Positions 1-12,396 of a DNA stretch of 60,000 nucleotides are shown piece after piece (within the stretch, counting starts at the first letter, position 1; each line of letters begins with the position of its first letter). Under the pieces are notes generated by a model. The model saw nothing but the letters and a program-made list of their open reading frames with translations, ran no database searches and was not told the origin of the DNA. The DNA comes from Laetmonice hystrix. Taxonomy: Eukaryota. Where the stretch lies: the NCBI GenBank assembly GCA_965235115.1, contig OZ249436.1, positions 27,158,001-27,218,000 on the forward strand. Reading direction: 5' to 3'. Position numbers and translations under genes: made by a program.

Positions 1-777
1 TACCTTGTGGATTCATCACTCAACCAGTTTAAAATAGGCAGAATGGGTTGCACCTGTTCGTTTGATGTTGTTCCGTTGACTCTAAGGGGAAAAGAATCCA
101 CGCTCTGGGGGAGCATGGGGGGGGGGTCCGACCCCCGACCCCTGCTGACATGCGCCTGAAATACTTTGAGAAACTTCACATCTAGCTCCAGAAATAACAT
201 TCTTTGACCATCTAAATTTAAGTCGCCGCCCCCCACCATGTTCGCCTCACACCTTTGGCGCCCTTCCTTTCTTGCAGTACTATTGAACAGGAATATGAAA
301 TCATACATTGTATGCTCTTTTAATTGACACCAAGATTTATTATATACCGTATCATATGATGTCATAATGATGCCATTGACATCTTCCAAGGCTTCTTAGT
401 AATAAACCATTCAAGATAGAGCCATGGTTACAAACACGAATAGGAAGTCATATATGATCTTTCGCTTGACATTTATTACATGACGTGTCTCATGGTGTCA
501 TAGATATTTTTCTCAGGGCAATGACTTGTAAATGGTTGAGGTTGGAACTATAGTTAATATTAAACACTAATAGGAAGTACATGCTCTTTCATTTGAGACC
601 AAGATTTGTGTAGCCTGACGTGCCACCTCATAATTACGTCATTTACCTCATTTAAAGCTTGTAAGTCATTAACCTCGCAAGATTGAGCCATATTGTTCAC
701 CCACTCAGAACGTGTCATATATGACGTGACTCCCCGGGGATGGGATCAATTGTGGTATCGCCACAACGTGTCTAGTT
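1..777 (+). mobile_element. 3' part of a Helentron-associated non-autonomous element (HINE-like), array unit 0
   Basis: Ends in subterminal repeat GGGGATGGGAT, a short hairpin (TTGTGG-TATCG-CCACAA) and GTCTAGTT, identical to the 3' ends of the following units. Confidence 0.75.
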
Positions 778-1052
778 ATCCCATCCCCTACGGAGGGGAT
801 GGGATTTAGAAATTGTGTGGTTTCGTCTTCTGTATTATTATCCCATCCCCTACGGAGGGGATGGGATTTTGAAATTGTGTGGTTTCGTCTTCGGTATTAT
901 TATTATTATCCCATCCCCTACGGAGGGGATGGGATTTAGAAATTGTGTGGTTTCGTCTTCTGTATTATTATTATTATCCCATCCCCTACGGAGGGGATGG
1001 GATTTAGAAATTGTGTGGTTTCGTCTTCTGTATTATTTTTGGCGTCGTAGTT

Positions 1053-1088
<36 letters not shown>

Positions 1089-3197
1089 AACTTGTATGTC
1101 TATCTCAGTCAATTTTCAAAATATCAAAATGAAATTTGGCACACATCTTAACAATGACAAAGTATGGTCAGGCATCGAATCCTGACGTCATGTAACGTCA
1201 CGTCATGACGTGATGACGTCAAACGTATTATGAAAATTGAAGCCATTTTTAAGCTCATATTGGGAATTTTTTTTTAAAAACCATCATGCCCTCATAATCG
1301 GCCAAAGGTGCTGCCTCAATTTGAGTCTTGATTTGACCTTTGACCTTTGACCTTAGGGTGAACTGGGTCATTGGTCACAAATCGGTTAAATTGCTTCTCC
1401 TTCTCTATTTTTTGGTAAAATTCGACAATATTCGGCAAAAACACTCTCTAACGAAAGGTTAACAATACGATTCCAAGGATTAGCGATTTGACCTATTTTC
1501 GCCGAACCACGTGACTTTGAAGTTTGTCACTTTTGACATTTTTTTCTAAAACTGCTTTAGTCATATAGGAATCGTGTATTTGGTCACGAGATATGTGCTG
1601 CTATTGACGATTGGTCACTTTGCATATTTCTTTTCATAAATTTACCAATATCTTTTTTATTTATGATGAAATAATGTAATCTGACGTTGACAGGCTCTAC
1701 CTTAAACCTGTTTAAGATAGCCATATACAAATACAACAATTACAAAGTGTATAGATTCAGGTATACCACTGACTGTTTAGTTCTTGTTTTGGAAAGGTAA
1801 TATGGCCAGAATTGTAAGTTTTAATGGGTATAGTCTTCACTATAATATTTTTACACTCTGACAGGTGGCATCTCTGAATACACAAATCACCTGCTGGGAG
1901 GCCAGAGCCAGGGTCGGCAGAGGGTTACGTAAGCGCTGGTGATAAGGGCCGGCCAGGCGGCCGGGTCGGCAGGCGGGTTGTGACTCCGCCCCCTCCCTCC
2001 CAGTCAGGGTCGGTTTGGTGGAGGATGATTGTGTATTCAGAACTGACATAACTGAATTAGCTGTGCCTTTGAACTGTAGATATAACTGTCTAATGCATTT
2101 GTTTTTAAATCTTACATAGGAGAGCTGAATAAAACACTAGGCTACTACTGATTGTTGGTTGTGGAGTTCAAGAGACACGGCAAACTTTTGGCCAGCTGCA
2201 CTTGGTTTCAGCGTGAGCCAACAGCCTGGTGTGGATGACATTCGCACCTATTGTTCTTGAGTCTGTGATATTTTTCATGATGCCCGTAACGGGTATAATC
2301 CATATAATCCATCAGGACTATAATATTTCATAATGTCAAAAGGATACTAGTAACTTCCATGTGAATGGAAATGACGCTATTGTTGGGACAATAATTAAAT
2401 GAGAGAAAAATATAGGTAATGATAGAAAACCATTCGGGAAATGGGACCTACCTGTATTGCTTGGCAATCAGAGTCTCTAGATATAATTACGATTGTAATG
2501 TATCCTTCCACAATGATTAATATATCAAAATAGGTAGATATACCATGCAGTAGATCTCTATGATCTCTATGTATCTGCACTCTTTCTTTTTGAAGAATTG
2601 ACATTATTGTTAGGCTAGGTCTAAATACAGCCACGTATCTAGGATTTTCAGCAGGGTGGTCGCCGAAATGTTTTTTTTTTAAATTAGAAGCCTTTTATGG
2701 ACCCATTTAGTGCACTATATTTTGTGTAGGCCTATTCATCACTCAACCAGTTTAAAATAGGCAGAATGCTTTGCACCTCTTCGTTCGATGGTGTCCCGCT
2801 GAATCTAAGGGAAAATGAATCTATGCTCTGGGGGAGCAGGAGAGGGGGTCCAACCCCCGGACCCCTACATGCGCCTGAAATACTTTGAGAAACTTCACAT
2901 CTAGCTCCAGAAGTAACGTTCTTTGACTTTCTAAATTCAAGTCCCCCCCCCCCCGCGCCCATGTTCGCCTTGCACCTTTGGTGCCCCTCCTTTCTTGCGG
3001 TACTGGATCTGAGCCTGCATGAAAGCAGGATCATGACGTATGAGATTATAATGATATTAACATTATTTTCCTAAGCCTCCAACTCGTAAACGGTGAAAGA
3101 TTGAGCCATGGTTACTATTGAACAGGAATAGGAAGTCATATATCACGTGACTCCCCGGGGATGGGATCAATTGTGGTATCGCCACAACGTGTCTAGT
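776..3197 (+). mobile_element. HINE-like element, array unit 1, with four tandem copies of the 5' hairpin module
   Basis: 5' palindrome ATCCCATCCCCT-ACGG-AGGGGATGGGAT (x4, 776-1037), (AGT)n microsatellite, conserved core, then 3' subterminal repeat + hairpin + CTAGTT. This is the DINE-1/HINE architecture. Confidence 0.75.
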
Positions 3198-5436
3198 TTT
3201 TGGCGATGTAGTTGTAGTAGTAGTAGTAGTAGTAGTAAACTTGTATGTCTATCTCAGTCAATTTTCAAAATATCGAAATGAAATTTGGCACACATCTTGA
3301 CAATGACAAAGTATGGTCAGGCATCGAATCCTGACGTCATGTGACGTCACGTCATGACGTGATGACGTTAAACGTATTATGAAAATTGAAGCCATTTTTA
3401 AGCTCATATTGGGAATTTTTTTAAAAACCCGTCATGGCCTCATAATCGGCCAAAGGTGCTGCCTCAACGTGAGTCTTGATTTGACCTTTGACCCTTGACC
3501 TTAGGGTGAACTGGGTCATTGGTCACCAAACGGTTAAATTGCTACTTCTTCTTCATTTTGTGGTAAAATATGACAATATTTGGCAGGAAGATTCTCTAAC
3601 AAGAGCTTCACAACTGTTGTTGAACGGATGAGAGATTTGACCTATTTTCGCCGAACCACGTGACTTTGAAGTTTGTCACTTTTGACATTTTTTTCTAAAA
3701 CTGCTTTAGTCATATAGGAATCGTGTATTTGGTCACTAGATATGTGCTGCTATTGACGATTGGTCACTTTGCATATTTCTTTTCATAAATTTACCAATAT
3801 TTTTTTTATTTATGATGAAATAATGTAATCTGACGTTGACAGGCTCTACCTTAAACCTGTTTAAGATAGCCATATACAAATACAACAATTACAAAGTGTA
3901 TAGATTCAGGTATACCACTGGCTGTTTAGTTCTTCTTTTGGAAAGGTAATATGGCCAGAATTGTAAGTTTTGTAAGTTTTAATGGGTATAGTCTTCACAA
4001 TAATATTTTTGCCGTCTGACAGTTGGCATCTCTGAATACACAGATCTCCCACTGAGATGTGGCCGCCGGTCCCTGGCCAGGCCGGGAGAGAGTTACGTAA
4101 GTGCTGGTGATAAGGGCCGGCCGGCCGGCCTACTCCCCCCTCCCTCCCAGTGAGGGAGGAATATGATTGTGTATTCAGGTTCTATCCCCCATGATAACTT
4201 TCCACGAAATGTTTGGGCAGGGGTTAGGGTTAATGTCAGGGATAGGGATAGGGATAGGATAGGGATATGTTTTGGGGAGGTGTAGGGACTGGGGTTAGGG
4301 CTTAGGGCTTAGGGATAAGGTCAGGGCCATGGATCTTTCCTTTCCACCAAATTTCGTGGAGTTTAAGTTATCATGGGCGATATACCTGTATTCAGAACTG
4401 ACTTAGCTGTGCCTTTGAACTGTAGGTGTAACTGCCTAATGCATTTGTTTTTGAATCTTATGTAGGAGAGCTGAATAAAACAATACTACTGATTGTTGGT
4501 TGTGGAGTTCAAGTGACACGACAAGCTTTTGGTCACCTGCACTTGGTTTAGCCTGAGCCAACAGTCTGGTGTGGATGACATTCGCACCTATTGGTAAAGT
4601 TTCATGATGTATGACTACGTGTTGGCTAAATGGCGAGAGATAGAAGTGAACGAACGGTGTGCACAGTAGACAGGTATGCAGTCGTCCAGGCGAGCAGCAC
4701 AATAGATGCAGCCATCACTTGAGCGGGTCTGCGGAGAGACAAGGGGAACGCTCTGTGAGAAATACTTAAGGACTGTTTATAGAAGAGGTACCTTCTCAGT
4801 CATATAACATGCCAGCCATCGGGAGGCAGCTCTCAATCAAATGAGCCGGTCAGGGGCGGTCAGTTAATTGGACGTGGGCCATCGGCCAATGACCAGTGGC
4901 CATCCTTTAGACTGGGACTGGGGCAAAAACGTGAACGAGGGGAAGAGCACCAAGAGAGAGAGAGACTAGGGGAGAAGGAGGAGAGACAGAGCGCCGACCG
5001 GCGCCGCCGGGCGTGGGCACATCCCTCTATGTCCCCACTCTTTTTTTTTTTTTGAAGAATTGACATAAAATTATTGTTTGGCTAGCCCCGGGTCCAGGAT
5101 TTTCAGCAGAGGGGTCACGGGAAGTCTTTAAAAATTAAAAGCTCTAAGAAGAGATTTCCCGCCTTTTAGGGGCTATTTTAGGGCATTATATTTTATGGAT
5201 TCATCACTCAACCAGTTCAAAATAGCCGGAATGCTTTGCTCTATACATGCTCTTTCATTTGAGACCAAGATTTATTACGTAGTATGACGTGTCTCCTCAT
5301 AATTGGCATCTTCTAAAGCTTATTAGTCATGAACTGTGCAAGATCGAGCCATAGTTTACCCTACTCAGAACATGTCATATATGACGTGACTCCCCGGGGA
5401 TGGGATCAATTGTGGTATCGCCACAACGTGTCTAGT
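3197..5436 (+). mobile_element. HINE-like element, array unit 2
   Basis: Begins at the (AGT)n module without the 5' hairpin; shares the core with unit 1; same 3' end. Confidence 0.75.
4176..4388. mobile_element. MITE with telomere-like (TTAGGG/ATAGGG) interior nested in HINE unit 2; copies at 6381-6587 and 7867-8074
   Basis: TIRs CAGGTTCTATCCCCCATGATAACTT / AAGTTATCATGGGCGATATACCTG; TATT duplicated on both sides; the empty site GTGTATTCAGAAC is seen in units 1 and 5. Confidence 0.8.
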
Positions 5437-7632
5437 TTTTGGCGATGTAGTAGTTGTAGTAGTAAACAGTAGTACGTCTATCTCAGTCATTTTTCAAGAT
5501 ATCTCAACCAAATTTGGTACACATCTTGACCATGACAGGGTCTGGTAGGACAACGAGTTATGACGTGATGGGACGTCACGTCATGACGTCATGACGTGAA
5601 AGGTGGTTTTGCACGTTTAGGCCATTTTCTATGCGCATATTAGGAATTTCCAAAAACCTTCATGCCATTGTAATTGGGCAAGGGTGCTGCCTCACTCTGA
5701 CACTTGATTTCACCTTTGACCTTTGACCTTGGGGATAACTGGGCCCTTGGTCACAAATCGGTTAAATCGCTACTCCTTCTTCATTTTGTGGTAAAATTTG
5801 TCAATATTCGGCAGATACACTCTCTAACGAAAGATCCACAAGATGATCGTCGGGGTTTAGCGATTTGACCTATTTTCGCCGAACCACGTGACTTTGAATT
5901 TGTCACTTTTGACATTTTTTTCTAAAACTACTTTAGTCATATAGGAATAATGTATTTGGTCACTAGATATGTGCTGCTATTGACGATTGATCACTTTGCA
6001 TATTTCTTTTCATAAATTTACCAATATTTTTTTATTTATGATGAAATAATGTAATCTGACGTTGACAGGCTCTACCTTAAACCTGTTTAAGATAGCCATA
6101 TACAAATACAAGAATTACAAAGTATATAGATTCAGGTATACCACTGACTGTTTAGTTCTTGTTTTGGAAAGGTAATATGGCCAGAATTGTAAGTTTTAAT
6201 GGGTATAGTCATCAAAATAATATTCTTACGTTCTGACAGTTGGCATCTCTGAATACACAAACCACCTGCTGGGTAGCCAGGGCCAGGGTCGGCAGAGGGT
6301 TACGTAAGTGCTGGTGATAAGGGCCCGCCGGCCGGTCTGTCCCCCTCCCTCCCAGTCAGGGAGGAATATGATTGTGTATTCAGGTTCTATCCCCCATGAT
6401 AACTTTCCACGAAATGTTTGGGCAGGGGTTAGGGTTAATGTCAGGGATAGGGATAGGGTAGGGAGATGTTTTGGGGAGGTGTAGGGACTGGGGTTAGGGG
6501 TTAGGGGTTAGGGATAAGGTCAGGGCCATGGATCTTTACTTTCCACCAAATTTCGTGGAGTTTAAGTTATCATGGGCGATATACCTGTATTCAGAACTGA
6601 CTTGGCTGTGCCTTTGAACTGTAGGTGTAACTGCCTAATGCATTTGTTTTTGAATCTTATGTAGGAGAGCTGAATAAAACAATACCATTGATTGTTGGTT
6701 GTGGAGTTCAAGTGACACGACAAGCTTTTGGTCAGCTGCACTTGGTTTAGCCTGAGCCAACAGTCTGGTGTGGATGACATTCGCACCTATTGGTAAAGTT
6801 TCATGATGTATGACTACGTGTTGGCTAAATGGCGAGAGATAGAAGTGAACGAACGGTGTGCACAGTAGACAGGTATGCAGTCGTCCTGGCGAGCGGCACA
6901 ATAGATGCAGCCGTCACTTGAGCGGGTCTGCGGAGGGACAAGGGGAACGCTCTGTGAGAAATACTTTAGGACTGTTTATAGAAGAGGTACCTTCTCAGTC
7001 ATATAACATGCCAGCCATCGGGCGGCAGCTCTCAATCAAAGGAGCCGGTCAGGGGGCGGTCAGTTAATTGGACGTGGGCCATCGGCCAATGACCAGTGGC
7101 CATCCTTTAGACTGGGACTGGGGCAAAAACGTGAACGAGGGGAAGAGCACCAAGAGAGAGAGAGACTAGGGGAGAAGGAGGAGAGAGAGCGCCGACCGGC
7201 GCCGCCGGGCGTGGGCACATCCCTCTATATCCCCACTCTTTTTTTTTTGAAGAATTGACAAAAAAATTATTGTTTGGCTAGCCCCGGGTCCAGGATTTTC
7301 AGCAGAGGGGTCACGGGAAGTCTTTAAAAATTAAAAGCTCTTAGAAGAGATTTCCCGCCTTTTAGGGGCCATTTTAGGGCATTATATTTTATGGATTCAT
7401 CACTCAACCAGTTCAAAATAGCCGGAATGCTTTGCTCTATACATGCTCTTTCATTTGAGACCAAGATTTATTACGTATTATGACGTGTCTCCTCATAATT
7501 GGCATCTTCTAAAGCTTATAAGTCATTAACTGTGCAAGATCGAGCCATATTTTACCCTACTCAGAACATGTCATATATCACGTGACTCCCCGGGGATGGG
7601 ATCAATTGTGGTATCGCCACAACGTGTCTAGT
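5436..7632 (+). mobile_element. HINE-like element, array unit 3
   Basis: Near-identical to unit 2 in its 3' part, with a different 5' module; same terminal hairpin and CTAGTT. Confidence 0.75.
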
Positions 7633-8957
7633 TTTTGGCGATGTAGTAGTTGTAGTAGTAAACAGTAGTACGTCTATCTCAGTCATGGGTATAGTCATCA
7701 AAATAATATTCTTACGTTCTGACAGTTGGCATCTCTGAATACACAAACCACCCGCTGGGTAGCCAGGGCCAGGGTCGGCAGAGGGTTACGTAAGTGCTGG
7801 TGATAAGGGCCCGCCGGCCGGTCTGTCCCCCTCCCTCCCAGTCAGGGAGGAATATGATTGTGTATTCAGGTTCTATCCCCCATGATAACTTTCCACGAAA
7901 TGTTTGGGCAGGGGTTAGGGTTAATGTCAGGGATAGGGATAGGGTAAGGGATATGTTTTGGGGAGGTGTAGGGACTGGCGTTAGGGGTTAGGGGTTAGGG
8001 ATAAGGTCAGGGCCATGGATCTTTACTTTCCACCAAATTTCGTGGAGTTTAAGTTATCATGGGCGATATACCTGTATTCAGAACTGACTTGGCTGTGCCT
8101 TTGAACTGTAGGTGTAACTGCCTAATGCATTTGTTTTTGAATCTTATGTAGGAGAGCTGAATAAAACAATACCATTGATTGTTGGTTGTGGAGTTCAAGT
8201 GACACGACAAGCTTTTGGTGAGCTGCACTTGGTTTAGCCTGAGCCAACAGTCTGGTGTGGATGACATTCAAGGGAAATGCTCTGTGAGAAATACTTAAGG
8301 ACTGTTTATAGAAGAGGTACCTTCTCAGTCATATAACATGCCAGCCATCGGGCGGCAGCTCTCAATCAAAAGAGCCGGTCAGGGGCGGTCAGTTAATTGG
8401 ACGTGGGCCATCGGCCAATGACCAGTGGCCATCCTTTAGACTGGGACTGGGGCAAAAACGTGAACGAGGGGAAGAGCACCCAGAGAGAGAGAGAGACTAG
8501 GGGAGAAGGAGGAGAGAGAGCGCCGACCGGCGCCGCCGGGCGTGGGCACATCCCTCTATATCCCCACTCTTTTTTTTGGAAGAATTGACAAAAAAATTAT
8601 TGTTTGGCTAGCCCTGGGTCCAGGATTTTCAGCAGAGGGGTCACGGGAAGTCTTTAAAAATTAAAAGCTCTTAGAAGAGATTTTCCGCCTTTTAGGGCAT
8701 TATAATTTGTGGATTCATCACTCAACCAGTTCAAAATAGCCGGAATGCTTTGCTCTATACATGCTCTTTCATTTGAGACCAAGATTTACTACGTAGTATA
8801 ACGTGTCTCCTCATAAAATTTTGGCATCTTCTAAAGCTTATAAGTCATTAACTGTGCAAGATCGAGCCATAGTTTACCCTACTCAGAACATGTCATACTA
8901 TATCACGTGACTCCCCGGGGATGGGATCAATTGTGGTATCGCCACAACGTGTCTAGT
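7632..8957 (+). mobile_element. HINE-like element, array unit 4 (internally deleted copy of unit 3)
   Basis: Deletions at ~7686 (about 700 bp) and ~8270 (about 160 bp) relative to unit 3; termini retained. Confidence 0.75.
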
Positions 8958-10560
8958 TATTATCCCATCCCCTACGGAGGGGATGGGATTTAGAAATTGT
9001 GTGGTTTCGTCTTCCGTATTATTATTTTTGGCGATGTAGTAGTTGTAGTAGTAAACAGTAGTACGTCTATCTCAGTCATTTTTCAAGATATCTCAACCAA
9101 ATTTGGTACACATCTTGACCATGACAGGGTCTGGTAGGACAACGAGTTATGACGTGATGGGACGTCACGTCATCACGTCATGACGTGAAAGGTGGTTTTG
9201 CACGTTTAGGCCATTTTCTATGCGCATATTAGGAATTTCCAAAAACCTTCATGCCATTGTAATCGGGCAAGGGTGCTGCCTCACTCTGACACTTGATTTC
9301 ACCTTTGACCTTTGACCTTGGGGATAACTGGGCCCTTGGTCACAAATCGGTTAAATCGCTACTCCTTCTTCATTTTGTGGTAAAATTTGTCAATATTCGG
9401 CAGATACACTCTCTAATGAAAGATCCACAAGATGATCGTCGGGGTTTAGCGATTTGACCTATTTTCGCCGAACCACGTGACTTTGAATTTGTCACTATTG
9501 ACACTTTTTTCTAAAACTGCTTTAGTCATATAGGAATAATGTATTTGGTCACTAGATATGTGCTGCTATTGACGATTGATCACTTTGCATATTTCTTTTC
9601 ATAAATTTACCAATATTTTTTTATTTATGATGAAATAATGTAATCTGACGTTGACAGGCTCTACCTTAAACCTGTTTAAGATAGCCATATACAAATACAA
9701 GAATTACAAAGTGTATAGATTCAGGTATACCACTGACTGTTTAGTTCTTGTTTTGGAAAGGTAATATGGCCAGAATTGTAAGTTTTAATGGGTATAGTCT
9801 TCACTATAATATTTTTACACTCTGACAGGTGGCATCTCAGAATACACTAATCACCCGCTGTGAAGCCAGAGCCAGGGTCGGCAGAGGGTTACGTAAGGGC
9901 TGGTGATAAGGGCCGGCTGGCTGGCCCGTCAGTTGTGACTACTCCCCTCCCTCACAGTCAGGCTGGGGTTGGAGGAATATGATTGTGTATTCAGAACTAA
10001 CATAAGTGTATTAGCTGTGCCTTTGAACTGCAGGTGTAACTGTCTAATGCATTTGTTTTCTAATCATACCTAGGAGAGCTGAATACATGTCAGGGGCGGA
10101 TCTCCACTCCGAAGAATTGACATTATTGTTAGGCTAGGTCTAAATACAGCCACGTATCTAGGATTTTCAGCAGGGTGGTCGCGGAAATGTTTTTTTTTTT
10201 TAAATTAGAAGCCTTTTATGGACCCTTTTAGTGCATTATATTTTGTGTATTCATCACTCAACCAGTTTAAAATAGGCGGAATGCTTTGCACCTGTTCGTT
10301 CGATGGTGTTCCGCTGAATTTAAGGAAAAATGAATCTATGCTCTGGGGGAGCAGGAGAGGGGGGTCCAACCCCCGGACCCCTACCGACATGCGCCTGAAA
10401 TACTTTGAGAAACTTCACATCTAGCTCCAGAAGTAACGTTCTTTGACTTTCTAAATTCAAGTCCCCCCCCCCCCCCGCCCATGTTCGCCTTGCACCTTTG
10501 GTGCCCCTCCTTTCTTGCGGTACTGGATCTGAGCCTGCATGAAAGCAGGATCATGACGTA

Positions 10561-11560
10561 TTTAGTGGATAAAGCACTGTCAGAGCCAGTCGAGACGTTG
10601 TTATGGCGAAATAATGCACGAGCCGAAGGCGAGTGCATTATATCGCCAGAACAACGTCGATCGTTATCACGTGACTTTCATTGACTTAGCGAGCCACTCG
10701 GAACACCGACGCTGCTTCTGATTGGCTGTTTCTAGGTCATATCCGGAGGCGAAGCAGGCCTCGGATGTATGAAGCGGCCATTTTCCCGTTTTTCGTGCAA
10801 AGTAGTGTAAAGCGGTCGCACATGAACACAGAGAGTAAATAGTCGACCCCTACGCACAGGCACATAGGCCTAGTTCAAATATAATTTCTCAGCATACCTG
10901 TACCTCGAATTTTCTATCGTGGAGACAAAACAGTCTCTTCTTCACCTGGGAGGAAACCCAGATATTCTGACTTTGTATAAAGTCCGACACTAGGGAGTTC
11001 TACATTTTCGGCACGGCGGCAGCGCGCGAGTTTGTTGTTTACATCCGGGTCAGCGGTCCCGACCTAGCCACCCACCCACCCCACCCCCCAGCATGGGAAC
11101 CTTCGTCGTACAGCCGAGATATGACGGAGTCAATCGTGGGTGAGCCGAGTGTTAGCGAGCCTATAAAAGGAGCTTTCTGATTGGACGGAACATTAAGGCC
11201 ATGCATTCAGCAATAGCGCCATCCCCTCTACTAGGCAAATGGACTCGGCGCGTCATTTAAACGATGTAAACAGAGTTCGCTGTGGGCATATCGAATCGAA
11301 ACGACCCAACTGAACTATACAGACGGGTTTCTTCTCGTAATTCTATAACAACTGCGAAGTCTCAGCCATTAACACTCCATTAGTTGCTAGTTCTACCTAT
11401 TGACAACCTTGAAGCGAGGACAGGCAAACACAATGAATTCGAATGAGCACCCTCTCCGATTGGTCAATTCATGACGCGTCATACCCGTGAATTATGGCTC
11501 TAATAATTTCACGGTTTTGGGCCTATAACACACGCTGGGAGCAGCCAGGCGTGTGCTAAG
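10561..11560 (+). mobile_element. Non-autonomous Crypton-like (tyrosine-recombinase-dependent) element
   Basis: About 1 kb insertion absent from unit 1 (empty site ACGTATGAGATT at ~3037); no TSD; palindromic 5' end around GAGCCGAAGGCGAG; hairpin 3' end ending GTGTGCTAA; 5' end repeated at 41109. Confidence 0.55.
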
Positions 11561-11690
11561 AGATTATAATGATGTTAACATTATTTTCTTAAGCCTCCAA
11601 CTCGTAAACGGTGAAAGATTGAGCCATGGTTACTATTGAACAGGAATAGGAAGTCATATATCACGTGACTCCCCGGGGATGGGATCAATT

Positions 11691-12396
11691 CGCTGCCTTT
11701 CTGGCGAACCGTCGAATATGGGGTTTAGACGGAACTGAGAAAAACGCACTTGAAGTTTTGCACTTTTCTCAAACATCCTCAAAATCAATCTAACATTATT
11801 TCTTTCATTATTTTTATGGGAATCGCTAATATACGATACGATACGGCATACTTTGGAATCCATTTGACGCTAACAGTAATTTCCGGCAAAATAATGAAGG
11901 CTAAAAATAGCCATGCCATATTCGACGGGTCCCGAAAAAGTTCTACGTCACTTTATGTCATATTCGACGCATATTCGACGCATATTCGACGGTTCGCCGG
12001 AAAACTTTTATCTCGCCCGTGAATATTCGACGCATATTCGACGGTTCGCCGAATATTCGACGTGTTGCTATAGAAACCATACGTGATCACTGGTCATATC
12101 ATTACCTTATTTGGGCATAATTTCTATATTCGACGGTTCGCCGTAAAAAAATTATCAAGTACGTACAAATAATTTCCGGGAGAACCGTCGAATATGAATA
12201 TTCGACGGTTCACCGAAAAGTAAATCGAAGACATTTCATATTCGCCAAAGGACCCGACGTTAATATCTCGCTAATTCTCGCCCGGAGGGTAATGAAATTT
12301 TCAGGGATTACAGATGTCTTCAAAATTATTAAGAATCAACTAAAAACTCAATTTCGCCAAAACCCCCATATTCGACGGTTCGCCAGAAAGGCAGCG
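11691..12396. mobile_element. MITE, Sola1-like
   Basis: 33-bp TIR CGCTGCCTTTCTGGCGAACCGTCGAATATGGGG, 4-bp TSD AATT, internal repeats of ATATTCGACG(GTTCGCC); splits the HINE 3' end. Confidence 0.8.

Noticed and set aside
4215..4325. Telomere or chromosome-fusion relic
   Set aside because: The degenerate TTAGGG-like runs are the interior of a TIR/TSD-bounded MITE present three times.
815..11000. Recurrent 60-105-aa ORFs in the array
   Set aside because: They repeat only because the DNA repeats; stops and frames differ among units and no domain is recognisable.
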